A stretch of 64,000 nt of DNA from Hyphomonadaceae bacterium (GTDB lineage Bacteria > Pseudomonadota > Alphaproteobacteria > Caulobacterales > Hyphomonadaceae): contig JAWKVC010000013.1 of assembly GCA_041398245.1 (NCBI GenBank), forward strand, positions 4,104 through 68,103, written 5' to 3'. This document shows, piece after piece, positions 30,258 to 41,220 of the stretch. A program made the position numbers and the translations under genes. Below the pieces are notes generated by a model that searched no databases, had not been told where the DNA came from, and was given only the letters and a program-made list of their open reading frames with translations. The first letter of the stretch is position 1. Every line of letters begins with the position of its first letter.

Positions 30258-30908
30258 CTAGGTGCCTTTCGGCTTGGTCAGGTTGATCGGCAGCGACAGG
30301 TTCGGCCAGTCGGTCGGCTGCCCATCCTTCTCGCCGGGCGTGTACTTCATCCGCTCGACCGCCGCAGTGATCAGCGGATCATACGCCGCCGGGTCGCAGT
30401 TGGGCTGGATGTCCTTTGGCTTGCCATCGACGCCAACCGTGAACTTCACCTTGCAGGCGCCTTCCTGGTTCACTTCGGCGATCGCCTTGGTGATGTCACG
30501 CGGCACGATGCCATCCTGCAGCACCGGCGACTTCTCGCCACGCGGATCGACGGTTGGAGCCGCGGACGTCCCGTACTTGAAGCGCTCGCGCATCGGCAGC
30601 GAGTCGAAGAATTCTCCCTCAAGGATCTCCGGCTGCCACTTTGCGGAGCGCATGGTCGCTTCGATGTAGGGCGCCATTTCGGGGTGCGTGCAGTCGATCG
30701 ACAGGTCGGCCAGTTCGCCAGCCGCAGACACCGTGAAGTCCGCCGTGCACATGCCATCGAGCCGCAAGGTCGTGTTCGCCTCGCGGATCGCGGTCGGGTC
30801 GTATTCGGAAATGCGCTTCGCCGGGCGGTCCGGCAGATCGGTTTTTTGAGCAAAAGCTGGCGCGGCGACACCCACCGACAGGGCGACCGCGCAAATCCAT
30901 GCCTTCAT
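30258..30908 (-). CDS. Secreted protein with two TonB C-terminal-like domains
   Basis: Signal peptide MKAWICAVALSVGVAAPAFA. Two segments follow the TonB_C pattern: GMCTADFTVSAAGELADLSIDC...ATMRSAKWQP and GACKVKFTVGVDGKPKDIQPNC...AAVERMKYTPGEKDGQP. It has no TM anchor or Pro-rich linker. Confidence 0.65.
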   Translation of the reverse strand: MKAWICAVALSVGVAAPAFAQKTDLPDRPAKRISEYDPTAIREANTTLRLDGMCTADFTVSAAGELADLSIDCTHPEMAPYIEATMRSAKWQPEILEGEFFDSLPMRERFKYGTSAAPTVDPRGEKSPVLQDGIVPRDITKAIAEVNQEGACKVKFTVGVDGKPKDIQPNCDPAAYDPLITAAVERMKYTPGEKDGQPTDWPNLSLPINLTKPKGT

Positions 30909-31040
30909 AGCAATCCTCCCAGGAGGGCCGGACGTGCCCAGGACTGGCCGCCGGCGTCATCGTGCGCGGACTATACAACCCTTCGGGTCAGCCCCTAGGG
31001 GAAAAAGGCGCCCAAAACTGCGGCCGGACGCCCGCCTTCG

Positions 31041-31060
31041 CGCTCACGCGGGCGTGAGCG
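31041..31060. promoter_or_regulatory. 20-bp near-perfect palindrome in divergent intergenic region
   Basis: CGCTCACGC-GG-GCGTGAGCG upstream of the 3-hydroxybutyryl-CoA dehydrogenase gene. Function unknown. Confidence 0.3.
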
Positions 31061-31192
31061 GCTGACAATGTCTGGTGCGGAAACGCCACACCGGAAGGCT
31101 TCTTTTCTCTCTCTTGTGCATGTGCGAATAGCTGGGACTCGCGAGCCGTGGTTCGCGTGTTAGCGTCGCGTGGATTTCAGGACAGGCTTCTC

Positions 31193-32071
31193 ATGACCGG
31201 CATTCGAAGCATCGGAGTGATCGGCGCAGGGCAGATGGGCAATGGCATTGCCCACGTCTGCGCGCTCGCCGGATTTGACGTGCTATTGAATGATGTTTCG
31301 CCCGAGCGGCTCGACGCCGGCATCAAGACGATCGAGCGCAACCTGGAGCGCCAGGTCCACCGCGAGATGATCACGGAGGATGCGCGCACCGCCGCGCTTC
31401 GCCGCATCAAGCCGGCTTCCAGCCTCGACGCCTTCAGCGACGTCGACTTCGCCATCGAGGCTGCGACCGAGAAGGAAGTCGTCAAACGCGCCATCTTCGA
31501 CGAGCTGTGTCCGCGCATGCGCAAGGACGCGATCGTCGCCACGAATACCTCGTCCATCTCGATCACGCGCCTCGGCGCCGCGACGGACCGGCCCGAGCGT
31601 TTCATCGGCCTGCACTTCATGAATCCAGTGCCGCTGATGAAGCTGGTGGAGGTCATCCGCGGTCTCGCCACCGACCAGCAAACCTATGACAGCGCCGTCC
31701 ACATCGTCGAACGCCTCGGCAAGCATGTCACCAACGCCGAGGACTTCCCGGCCTTCATCGTCAACCGCGTGCTGATGCCCATGATCAACGAAGCGGTCTA
31801 CACGCTCTACGAAGGCGTCGGCACGGTTGAATCGATCGACACCGCCATGAAGCTCGGCGCCAACCATCCGATGGGCCCGCTGGAGCTGGCGGACTTTATC
31901 GGTCTCGATACCTGCCTCTCGATCATGCAGGTGCTGCATGACGGTCTCGCCGACACCAAATACCGTCCCTGCCCGCTGCTGGTGAAATACGTCGAAGCCG
32001 GCTGGGTTGGAAAGAAAGCCGGCCGCGGCTTCTACGACTATCGCGGCGACGTACCCGTTCCGACACGCTGA
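31193..32071 (+). CDS. hbd: 3-hydroxybutyryl-CoA dehydrogenase
   Basis: GVIGAGQMGNGIAHV Rossmann motif. 3-hydroxyacyl-CoA dehydrogenase N and C domains (GLHFMNPVPLMKLVEVI, HPMGPLELADFIGLD). Confidence 0.9.
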   Translation: MTGIRSIGVIGAGQMGNGIAHVCALAGFDVLLNDVSPERLDAGIKTIERNLERQVHREMITEDARTAALRRIKPASSLDAFSDVDFAIEAATEKEVVKRAIFDELCPRMRKDAIVATNTSSISITRLGAATDRPERFIGLHFMNPVPLMKLVEVIRGLATDQQTYDSAVHIVERLGKHVTNAEDFPAFIVNRVLMPMINEAVYTLYEGVGTVESIDTAMKLGANHPMGPLELADFIGLDTCLSIMQVLHDGLADTKYRPCPLLVKYVEAGWVGKKAGRGFYDYRGDVPVPTR

Positions 32072-32107
32072 TCGAAAAGGACCCGGTCGGACCGGGGAAA
32101 GACCTGC

Positions 32108-32794
32108 ATGGCCGTCGTCCTGATCACCGGCGCTAACCGCGGCATCGGCCTCGCGCTGGCAAAGGCCTACGCCGGGCGGCGCGACAAGGTGATCGCCTGC
32201 ATCCGCGCGACGTCCGATCGCGAAGCGCTCGACGCAGCCGTCGCCAATGCATCGAAATGGATCGACGTTGTCGAGATGGACGTGGCCGACCCGGCCCAGA
32301 TCGGGCGCGTGCGCCGCCAGCTCGAAGCCGAGCCGATCGACGTGCTGATCAACAACGCCGGCATCGGCGGACCCGACCGCCAGTCAGCGACCGACATGGA
32401 TTTCGATGGGCTCGAGGAAGCCTTCGCCGTCAACACCATGGCGCCGCTTCGGATCGCAAACGCCTTCCTGCCGAATGTGAAAGCCGCGCGCGGCAAGATC
32501 ATCACGCTGTCGAGCCAGATGGGCGCAACCGGAGCCTCGGCCGACAACCTCGCCTATCGCGTTTCGAAACAGGCGGTGAACCGTCTGATGCGCGGCCTCG
32601 CCACCGAGCTGAAGCCGCAGGGCGTGCCCGTGCTGATCGTGCACCCGGGCTGGGTGAAGACTGAAATGGGCGGCGACGGTGCGCAACTCTCACCGGAAGA
32701 AAGCGCAGCAAACCTCGTGAAGCTGATCGACAAGTTCGACCTCGCCTCCTCCGGCAAGTTCCTCGCCTGGAACGGCAAGGAACTGGCCTGGTAA
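32108..32794 (+). CDS. SDR family oxidoreductase
   Basis: ITGANRGIGLALA, NNAG, YRVSKQA. Confidence 0.85.
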   Translation: MAVVLITGANRGIGLALAKAYAGRRDKVIACIRATSDREALDAAVANASKWIDVVEMDVADPAQIGRVRRQLEAEPIDVLINNAGIGGPDRQSATDMDFDGLEEAFAVNTMAPLRIANAFLPNVKAARGKIITLSSQMGATGASADNLAYRVSKQAVNRLMRGLATELKPQGVPVLIVHPGWVKTEMGGDGAQLSPEESAANLVKLIDKFDLASSGKFLAWNGKELAW

Positions 32795-32985
32795 TCCTAC
32801 CGACAGTGCATTGAGAAGACGCACGCAGACAGCGTCTCCCTCTCGGTCTCTCCCCCGCCCGAAGGCTTTACCGTAAGGAAAGCCGACCGCGCGCCCACCT
32901 GATTGACCGCTTGCTTCAGTATGCAAGATTGCGCCGCGATAGAGTTGGGGGATTGAGCAGCGACAGGCCGGGAAACAGAAGCGAC

Positions 32986-35074
32986 ATGATCTTGAAATCC
33001 GGGTGGCGCGTTGCGTCCGTCTTCGCAGCCTTGGCCGCCATGATCGCGGCCTGCTCCGTCATGCCGCAGGAGAACAATGATGAGCGCAGTCCTGCGCCAA
33101 TCGCGGATGTTCAGCCCCCCACGGACGGTTGGCCCACGAATGGCGGCGACGCATTCAACCGTCGCTATTCGCCGCTGGACCAGATCAATCGTGATAATGT
33201 CGGCGGCCTGAAAGCCGTCTGGCGCGCCCGTCTCGATGGCTCTGGCGTCGGGCCGCAATACTCCGGCGAAGCGCAGCCGATCATCTCCGACGGCGTGGTC
33301 TACATCGTCACCGGCGCCGACGACGTCTTCGCCATCGATGTCGAGACCGGCAAACGCCTCTGGAAGTACGAGGCCAACCTCGCCAAGGAGATCGATGTCA
33401 TCTGCTGCGGCTGGACAAGTCGCGGGCTGGGTCTCGGCGACGGCAAGATCTTCGTTGGCCAGCTCAACGGCAAACTCGTCGCGCTCGACAAGAAGACCGG
33501 CAAGATCGTCTGGGAAGTACAGGCCGAACGCTGGCAGGACGGCTACTCGATCACCTCGGCGCCGCTCTATTACGATGGTCTCGTCATCACCGGCTTTGCC
33601 GGCGCGGAGTTCGCGACGCGGGGCCGCGTGAAAGCCTACGACGCCAAGACCGGCGAGCATGTCTGGACTTTCTACACCATACCGGAGCCCGGCCAGCCCG
33701 GCTCCGAATCCTGGCCGAAAGGCTATGAAGGCTGGGACCGTGGCGGCGCAACCGTGTGGAACACGCCGGCGGTCGATCCCGAGCTTGGCCTCATCTATTT
33801 CGCGACCGGCAATGCCGGCCCGGACCTCAACGGCGCAGTCCGCGCGGGCGACAACCTCTACGCCTCCTCGATTGTCGCGATTGAAGCGAAGACCGGCAAA
33901 TACCGCTGGCACTTCCAGGCCGTGCGCCACGACATCTGGGACTACGACCTGCCGACGCCGGTCATCCTGTTCAATGCGGAGATTGACGGAAAGATGCGCC
34001 GCGGCCTCGCGGGCACGGGCAAGACCGGCTGGGTCTATCTGCTCGATCGCGAAACCGGCGAACCATTGATCGGCATCGAGGATCGTCCGGTCCCGCAGGA
34101 GCCGGAACAGGCGACCGCCGCGACCCAGCCGTTCCCCATTGGCGACTCCTACGTCCCGCAGGAACTCGACATTGCGCCGGAAGGATACACGCTGATCAAC
34201 AACGGCAGGATCTTCACGCCGTTCGGCAGCGGCGCGCCGGTTCCGATCAAGCCATCCCATCTCGGCGGCGCCAACTGGCCGCCCAGCTCGCTCGATCCCA
34301 AAACAAACCTCTACTATGTCTGCGCCCGTGACGGCACGAGCGTCCTGCGCGGCGCCGATCGAGACTTCGAAGTGCCCGATGCAGGCGACGGCTATATCGG
34401 CGGTGAATTCGGCATGTCGCCCGTGCCGGCCACTGGCATCTTCGCAGCGCTCGACGTCACGACCAACCGCCTCGTCTGGCGCCAGCGTTGGCCGGACATC
34501 TGCTACTCGGGCTCGACCGTCACCGGCGGGGGGCTGGTTTTTGTCGGCCGCAATGACGGCCGCCTTGTCGCACTGGATTCCAGCAACGGCGCCAAGCTCT
34601 GGGAATTCCAGACGGGAGCCGGTATGAACTCCACCGCCAGCGTCTTCGAATACAAGGGCCGCCAGTACGTTGCCGCCTAGTCAGCCGGCAACCTCTTCGC
34701 GCGCTCGGCCAAGGGCGACAGCCTCTGGCTGTTTGCGCTCGACGGTACGCTGGGTCCTGCCAGAACCGGCATCGACGGCCACACGCACCCGCTCGCACGG
34801 CAGCCAGCGACGGCTCGCATCGAGCACCGGCGAAGTTGCGGATCTGGCGCTTGGCGAAGAGGTCTACCGCACCACCTGCCAGCTCTGTCACGGCGCAACC
34901 GGCCAGGGTAATAATGGCGGACCCGCCTTTTCCGCAGGCCTCACACCGGAGGGCGTCGCCACGATCGCCCGCGATGGCCGCAACGCAATGCCGGCGTTCG
35001 GCGCGCAATTGTCCGCCAAGGACATTGTTTCGGTCGGCGCCTTTGTGGCCCAGCAGTTCAGCGGAGCAAGATGA
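32986..35074 (+). pseudogene. PQQ-dependent quinohaemoprotein alcohol dehydrogenase-like gene, interrupted by an in-frame TAG and a frameshift
   Basis: Lipoprotein-type signal (AAMIAACS). Eight-bladed PQQ propeller motifs, vicinal Cys-Cys (33403-33408) and WDYD (DYD at 33940-33948). TAG at 34678-34680 cuts ...YKGRQYVAA*SAGNLFARSAKGDSLWLFALDG. The C-terminal cytochrome c domain (EEVYRTTCQLCHG...AMPAFG) continues in another frame after a shift between about 34745 and 34815. Confidence 0.8.
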
Positions 35075-35084
35075 GCAGCGGCGG

Positions 35085-35840
35085 CTAGTTCAGGTCGCGC
35101 ATCGCCTCCGTCAGCGTCGGGCCGATCTCGTCATGGATGACAAGATCGGCGATCTCGTCCAGCGGCGTCGGCTCGCGGTTGACGATCACAAGCCGCGCGC
35201 CATTTCGCTTGGCCTTGGCCGGGAACAGCGCCGCCGGCGTCACCACGAGCGAGGAGCCCAGCACAAGGAACAGATCCGACAGGTGCGTCTCTTCCTCGGC
35301 GCGGATCATCGGCGCTTCCGGCATCTGCTGACCGAACGAAATGGTCGCCGTCTTCAACAGCCCGCCGCACGCCTTGCACGTCGGTATCGCGCCCATGTCC
35401 ATGAAGACGGGGCGCAGCTCGTCCAGCTCATGCCGCAGGTCGCACGCGAGGCATTTCGCGTAGCTGGCGTTGCCGTGCAGCTCGATCACCTGTCCTTCCG
35501 GCACGCCGGAAGCCTGGTGCAGATTGTCCACATTCTGCGTGATCACGCTTGATGCGCGTCCGCTCGCGATCAGGCGTGAAACGGCGTAGTGGCCGGCATT
35601 GGGTTGCTTGCCGACCCAGCCAGCCGCGCCGCTGAACACGCGCGTCCACGCCTCGCGGCGGCGAGCCTCGCTGCTCACGAAATCCTGGAAGTAGATCGGC
35701 TTCATCTTGGTCCAGACGCCGCCCGGCGAGCGGAAATCCGGAATGCCGGACTCCGTCGATATGCCGGCCCCGGTGAACACGACGATGCGCGTCGCCATGC
35801 CGAGCTGGTCGCCAAGTATTTGCGCGGCTGGACCTGCCAT
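35085..35840 (-). CDS. cobB: NAD-dependent protein deacylase, Sir2 family (CobB-type)
   Basis: From MAGPAAQILGDQLGMATRIVVFTGAGISTESGIPDFR. Catalytic VIELHGN and zinc ribbon CLAC...CKAC. Confidence 0.9.
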   Translation of the reverse strand: MAGPAAQILGDQLGMATRIVVFTGAGISTESGIPDFRSPGGVWTKMKPIYFQDFVSSEARRREAWTRVFSGAAGWVGKQPNAGHYAVSRLIASGRASSVITQNVDNLHQASGVPEGQVIELHGNASYAKCLACDLRHELDELRPVFMDMGAIPTCKACGGLLKTATISFGQQMPEAPMIRAEEETHLSDLFLVLGSSLVVTPAALFPAKAKRNGARLVIVNREPTPLDEIADLVIHDEIGPTLTEAMRDLN

Positions 35841-35995
35841 CCGGCGACCATGCGCAAAACGAAGGGCATGGCAAGCGTCGCCCGACGCATTCGGCGCGTG
35901 TGCGCCGGATATATGGACAAGGCTGACGCCCGCGCCTAGCGTGCGACCAGTCCGCTGCGGCGTTCTCTGGCGGCGGACCGGGGACAAGCAACGTC

Positions 35996-36640
35996 ATGTC
36001 TAGGACACTCAGGATGGCTGTGGTCGCCCTCTTCATGGCGGCGACTTCCGGCCTTGCGCCTGGCGGCCTCGCGCAACCTGCGACGCCGGATTTCGGCGAC
36101 GATGACAGCACCTGGTCGAACGATGGCGAATGCGACGACAAGCGCTTTGCCGGGCCAGGCATGACCAACACGCCCCTGCTCGATGAAGATGTCCTCCACG
36201 ACGCTACGGACTGCCGCGACGCGTGGCGGGCGGGCGACCTCCATCTCGCCACCGATGTCACATTCGACAATGACGACATGCCCAACTTCGGCGACGATGA
36301 CAGCGACTGGGCGTTCGATGACGAATGCGATGACAAGCGCTTTGTCGGCCCCGGCATGACTGACACGCCCCTTCTGGACGAGGATGTCGGTCACGACGCC
36401 ACCGACTGCCGTAACGGCTGGGAAGCCGGCGAGCTGCGCTTTATCGGCGGCGACGCCCGCCGCGGCGACATGCCGGACTTCGGCGACGACGACGGCGAAT
36501 GGTCATTCGACGACGAGTGCGATGATCCGCGTTTCGTCGGCCCCGGCATGACCGATACACCCCTGTTGCGCGAGGACATGTACCATGACGCAACGGACTG
36601 CCGCTCGGCGTGGCTCGAAGGCGAGATCGAACTCCGCTAG
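35996..36640 (+). CDS. Secreted acidic protein with three tandem two-Cys repeats
   Basis: Signal peptide MSRTLRMAVVALFMAATSGLAPGGLAQ, then three copies of P-[DN]-F-G-D-D-D-x-x-W-x-x-D-x-E-C-D-D-x-R-F-x-G-P-G-M-T-x-T-P-L-L-x-E-D-x-x-H-D-A-T-D-C-R. Confidence 0.7.
   Translation: MSRTLRMAVVALFMAATSGLAPGGLAQPATPDFGDDDSTWSNDGECDDKRFAGPGMTNTPLLDEDVLHDATDCRDAWRAGDLHLATDVTFDNDDMPNFGDDDSDWAFDDECDDKRFVGPGMTDTPLLDEDVGHDATDCRNGWEAGELRFIGGDARRGDMPDFGDDDGEWSFDDECDDPRFVGPGMTDTPLLREDMYHDATDCRSAWLEGEIELR
36086..36637 (+). repeat. Three tandem coding repeats of 192-195 bp (64-65 codons)
   Basis: Units at about 36086-36280, 36281-36472 and 36473-36637. The protein motif is conserved while many third-codon positions differ between units. 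Confidence 0.8.
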
Positions 36641-36804
36641 CCCGCGCGCGGATTCTCCAAGCGATTCAACGTCCACGCCATCAGCGCAAAACTGATTCGC
36701 TTTCTGTGGATTTCTGCGCCACAGTTATTCACACGAGGTGAGAAAAAGCTGCCCCACAAGAAGGGCGCTTGTTTGTTGTGGGGACTATCGGGGGTGACCG
36801 CGCC

Positions 36805-37041
36805 ATGACGACGTTTGGCGACCTTATCAATACTCACAGGCTTATCCTCTGCTGCTGTGATGACTGCGGCAGTGAAACGCCGATGGACCCCAGCCTGTCC
36901 GTGCGACGTTTCGGGCGCGCAGCCGATGTCGACATTCTGAGGGAGGATGCGGCCTGCCCGGTCTGCGGCTCCGCCGATGTGGAGTTTCACACCCATTCGC
37001 CTGCGTCCTCGACGCATGAGAGACGCGCAACGCCCGGCTAG
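36805..37041 (+). CDS. Small zinc-ribbon hypothetical protein
   Basis: MTTFGDLINTHRLILCCCDDCG...CPVCGS (CxxC...CxxC), 78 aa. Coding status is uncertain. Confidence 0.4.
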   Translation: MTTFGDLINTHRLILCCCDDCGSETPMDPSLSVRRFGRAADVDILREDAACPVCGSADVEFHTHSPASSTHERRATPG

Positions 37042-37121
37042 GCGCGCTTGCACGGCTGTTGGCGCGGTCCTATCCCTCAACGGCACGACGACAAGACAAC
37101 AAACAGGGCGAGGAAACGCGC

Positions 37122-37920
37122 ATGGCCGACCTTCTTGAATCCATCGAGGACGGCGTCGCCGTTCTTACGCTCAACCGTCCCGAAGCCCGCAACGCCCTGT
37201 CCCAGCCCATGCTGGCTGGCCTGCTCGAAGCGCTGCCGCGTCTGGCCGCCGACCCGAATGTCGGCGCGGTTGTCATCACAGGCGCCGGCGGCGCAACCTA
37301 CTGCGCAGGCGGCGATGTGAAGACTTCGCCGCCAATGAGGGCGGCGCGAACCATGGCCGCTCGCGGAGCAGGCCGCCTACGCGCTGCGCCAGAGCATGGA
37401 AGTCTCGCGCTGGCTGCACGACATGCCGAAGATCACCATCGCCGCCATCCCCGGCGCAGCAGCTGGCGCCGGCCTTTCCATCGCGCTGGCATGCGACTTC
37501 CGCATCGCCGCCAGGACCGCGAAGATCACGACGGCCTTTGCAAAAGTCGGCCTGTCGGGGGATTTCGGCGGCACCTATTTCCTGTCGCAACTCGTCGGCG
37601 TCGCGAAAGCCAAGGAGCTCTACCTCCTGTCCGATGTGATCCTGGGCGAGGAAGCCGAGCGTCTCGGCATCGTCAATCGCGCCGTTGATCCGGCTGACCT
37701 GACCAGCGAGACCATGGCGTTGGCGAAGCGCTTCGCCGATGGCCCGCGCATCACGCTCGGCCTCATGAAGAAGAACCTCAACACGGCCGAACGCGGCGAT
37801 CTCGCGCTCTCCTTCGACACCGAGGCGCTGAACCACTCCCGCACGGCCCAGACAGCTGACCATGCCGAGGCAGCCAAGGCCTTCGTCGAGAAGCGCGCGC
37901 CGGTGTTCAAGGGACGCTGA
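37122..37920 (+). pseudogene. Enoyl-CoA hydratase/isomerase family gene with two frameshifts
   Basis: MADLLESIEDGVAVLTLNRPEARNAL...VVITGAGGATYCAGGDVK is in one frame and FAANEGGA in a second (one base missing near 37322). PLAEQAAYALRQSMEVSRWLHDMPKITIAAIPGAAAGAGLSIALACDFRIA...FVEKRAPVFKGR is in a third (shift near 37346-37350). Confidence 0.75.
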
Positions 37921-37929
37921 CGCCGCCAC

Positions 37930-38825
<896 letters not shown>

Positions 38826-38829
<4 letters not shown>

Positions 38830-39644
38830 TCGCCAACGCGCTCGGCGCCGAGCTCTACAAACTGTCGCGCAACACCTGGTCGCTGTTCTGGGCGTTCGGC
38901 TTCATGCCCGTGTTCGCGCTGGCGAGCGGCCTGCTGGAACAGGCCTACACGCATTTCACCGCCGGCGATCTCATCCCCTACGCCTCGCCCCTGTGGGAGA
39001 GTTTCAGCGGATTCGCCACTTTCTCTGTCTCGATCTTCCAGATCTGCGGCATCGCAGGCGCCGCCATCATCTTTGCGGGCGAATATCGCTGGGAGACATG
39101 GCGCGCGATGCTTACGCGCAATGATCGTCTTCCGGTCATGCTGGCGAAGCTTCTCACCTTCGCGCTCGCGATCACCGTTTCGCTTGTCCTGTGCGCGCTG
39201 GCCCGCTTCATCGTCGGCCTGGTCGATGCCGCCCTCACACATGACGCAAGCTGGCCGCGCGCGGACGCCGGCGGCATTGCCCTTGGCCACCTCCTCGCCT
39301 TTACGGCGACCTTCATGCAGATGATGGTGACCGCCAGTTTCGTCATGCTTGTTTCGGTCATCACACGGACCATGACGGCCGGCATCGTCGCGACGCTTCT
39401 TGTCCTCTTCGCCTGCGAGATCGCGTCGATCCGCGGCAATGCCGGCGGCGATCCCATCTGGGTGCTGTTCCCCAACATCGCGGCCGAAGGCATCCGTCAG
39501 GCCGGCCGCGCGACCATGGGCGACCCCGACACCCTGTTGTCAGCGTTTGCCATGCCGGGCGCGGCGGCGCTGGTCATGTGGTTCGTTCTGCTAACGACGG
39601 CTGCCTTGACCCTGTTTCTGCGGCAAGATCTTTCGCGGGAATAG
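38826..39644 (+). CDS. ABC-2 type transporter permease
   Basis: 272 aa, about six TM helices. ATGA overlap with the ATPase gene. Confidence 0.75.
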
Positions 39645-39726
39645 CAGGCGCCTTTCACGGTGGCGATTAACCGGACATCGCGCTATGCGGTGCGCAAACA
39701 GACCCGGCGTGGTGAGGAAACCAGCA

Positions 39727-41143
39727 ATGTCAAAACGTCTGGCCGCTCTTTGCGGGATTGTTCTTGCGATCGCGATGGCAGCGCCCGCGTCCGCGCAGAT
39801 CATCCTTGGCGGAGAACCCGTGACGACGCCGGGCGAACCCGCGCCAGTTGCGCTGACCTTCCCTGTCGATGCCGACGCCGCCGGCTACAGCCCGGTCAGC
39901 GTCGCCGCACCCGCCTTCTCTGGCGCCAGCGAAGCTGAGGCGGACCTCGCCGCAAAGATCGCCGGGGTCGTGCGCGATGATCTGGCCTCCATCGGCATCT
40001 TCACCGCGCCCGACAGCGCCGCCATCTCGACCTTCTCCGCCGACATCGCCGCCCTTCCCGGCTGGATGGACTGGATCGGCGCCGGCGTCGGCGCGCTGGT
40101 CGTCGGCAAGACCATCATCGGCGCGGACGACTCGCTCACCGTCCAGTTCCGCCTCTACGACATCGCCGCCCGCAAACAGGTCGTCGGCTCGCAGTATCGC
40201 CTGCCTGCAACCGACCAGTGGCGCCGCGCCGCGCACAAGGTGGCTGATGAAGTGCTGGTCGCGCTTGTCGGCGGCAAGGGCGGGTTCGACAGCCGGATCG
40301 CCTATGTCGCCGATACTGGCGCCACGCCTTCGCCCAGGCGTCGTCACCGCGAACGCCGCCGAACGGGAAACGCTTCTGCCCAACGCCGCCGGGCTCGAAG
40401 CGCCGCGCGTTGCACCGGACAATTCGGGCCTTGTCTATTCAGCCAACGCGCCGGTTCCCGGCAAGCCGAACCAGGCGCAACGCACAACGATCCTCTACGA
40501 TCTCGCTTCGGGTCAGCGCCAGCCGCTGACCACGCAGAGCCAGCCGAACGCCGACACGCGCTATTCCGCTGACAGCGCGTCGCTGGTCTACAGCCGCAAG
40601 CAGGGCGCCAACACCGACATCTACAAGATGTCCCTCGCCACACGCGCTGAAACGCGCCTGACAGACGACAAGGCCGTCGACGAACAGCCCGCCCTGTCGC
40701 CGGACGGAACGCGCTTCGCCTTCGTGTCCGATCGCGGCGCCGGTCAGGGCGTCTATGTCGCCCGCGTCGATGGCGCGCCGCTCCGTTGCGCCGATGGCAG
40801 CGAAGCAAAGGCCTGCAAGCTCACCACAACAACGGGCGATCACGAAGGCCCGGTCTGGTCGCCGCGCGGGGACTGGATCGCCTATGCACGCGTTGTCGGC
40901 GAAGACGCCGCCATCCATCTGGTGCGCCCCGACGGATCAGAAACGCGCGCGCTCACCACGCCCGGCAAGAACGTCCTCGATCTGCACCCCACCTGGTCGC
41001 CCGAAGGCCGCCGCATCGCGTTCTATCGCGTCGCCGGCTCGAACTCGGCGCTGCATGTCGTGCCGCTTTCCGGCGGCGCGCCGCGCAAGCTCGGCCTCTC
41101 CGGCGACTCCTACGAACCCGACTGGGGCCCCAAGCTTCCCTGA
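39727..41143 (+). pseudogene. TolB-like periplasmic beta-propeller protein with one frameshift
   Basis: Signal peptide MSKRLAALCGIVLAIAMAAPASAQ, then a TolB N-domain-like region up to GGFDSRIAYVADTG. The frame changes near 40320-40335. The propeller repeats continue to the stop (PRVAPDNSGLVYSA, PALSPDGTRFAFVSDR, PVWSPRGDWIAYAR, PTWSPEGRRIAFYR). It is not in a tolQRA-pal context. Confidence 0.75.
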
Positions 41144-41220
41144 TCCGGCTTGCACTTGACCGAGAGCAAGTACTGTTGATCTTCGGTGCGCCAGTCTGGC
41201 TGTATCGAGGAGACCGACCC

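Noticed and set aside
34678-34680. In-frame TAG in the PQQ dehydrogenase as programmed recoding (pyrrolysine or read-through).
   Set aside because: No Pyl machinery is expected in this lineage. A frameshift follows within about 100 bp, and other genes in the window are also broken. A nonsense mutation or sequence error is the simpler reading.
35085-35840. Sir2-domain gene as a possible anti-phage module (Thoeris/DSR-like).
   Set aside because: It is a compact 251-aa CobB-type deacylase with the GAGISTESGIPDFR motif, the catalytic His and a CxxC...CxxC zinc ribbon. There is no fused effector or sensor domain, no partner gene, and the context is housekeeping.
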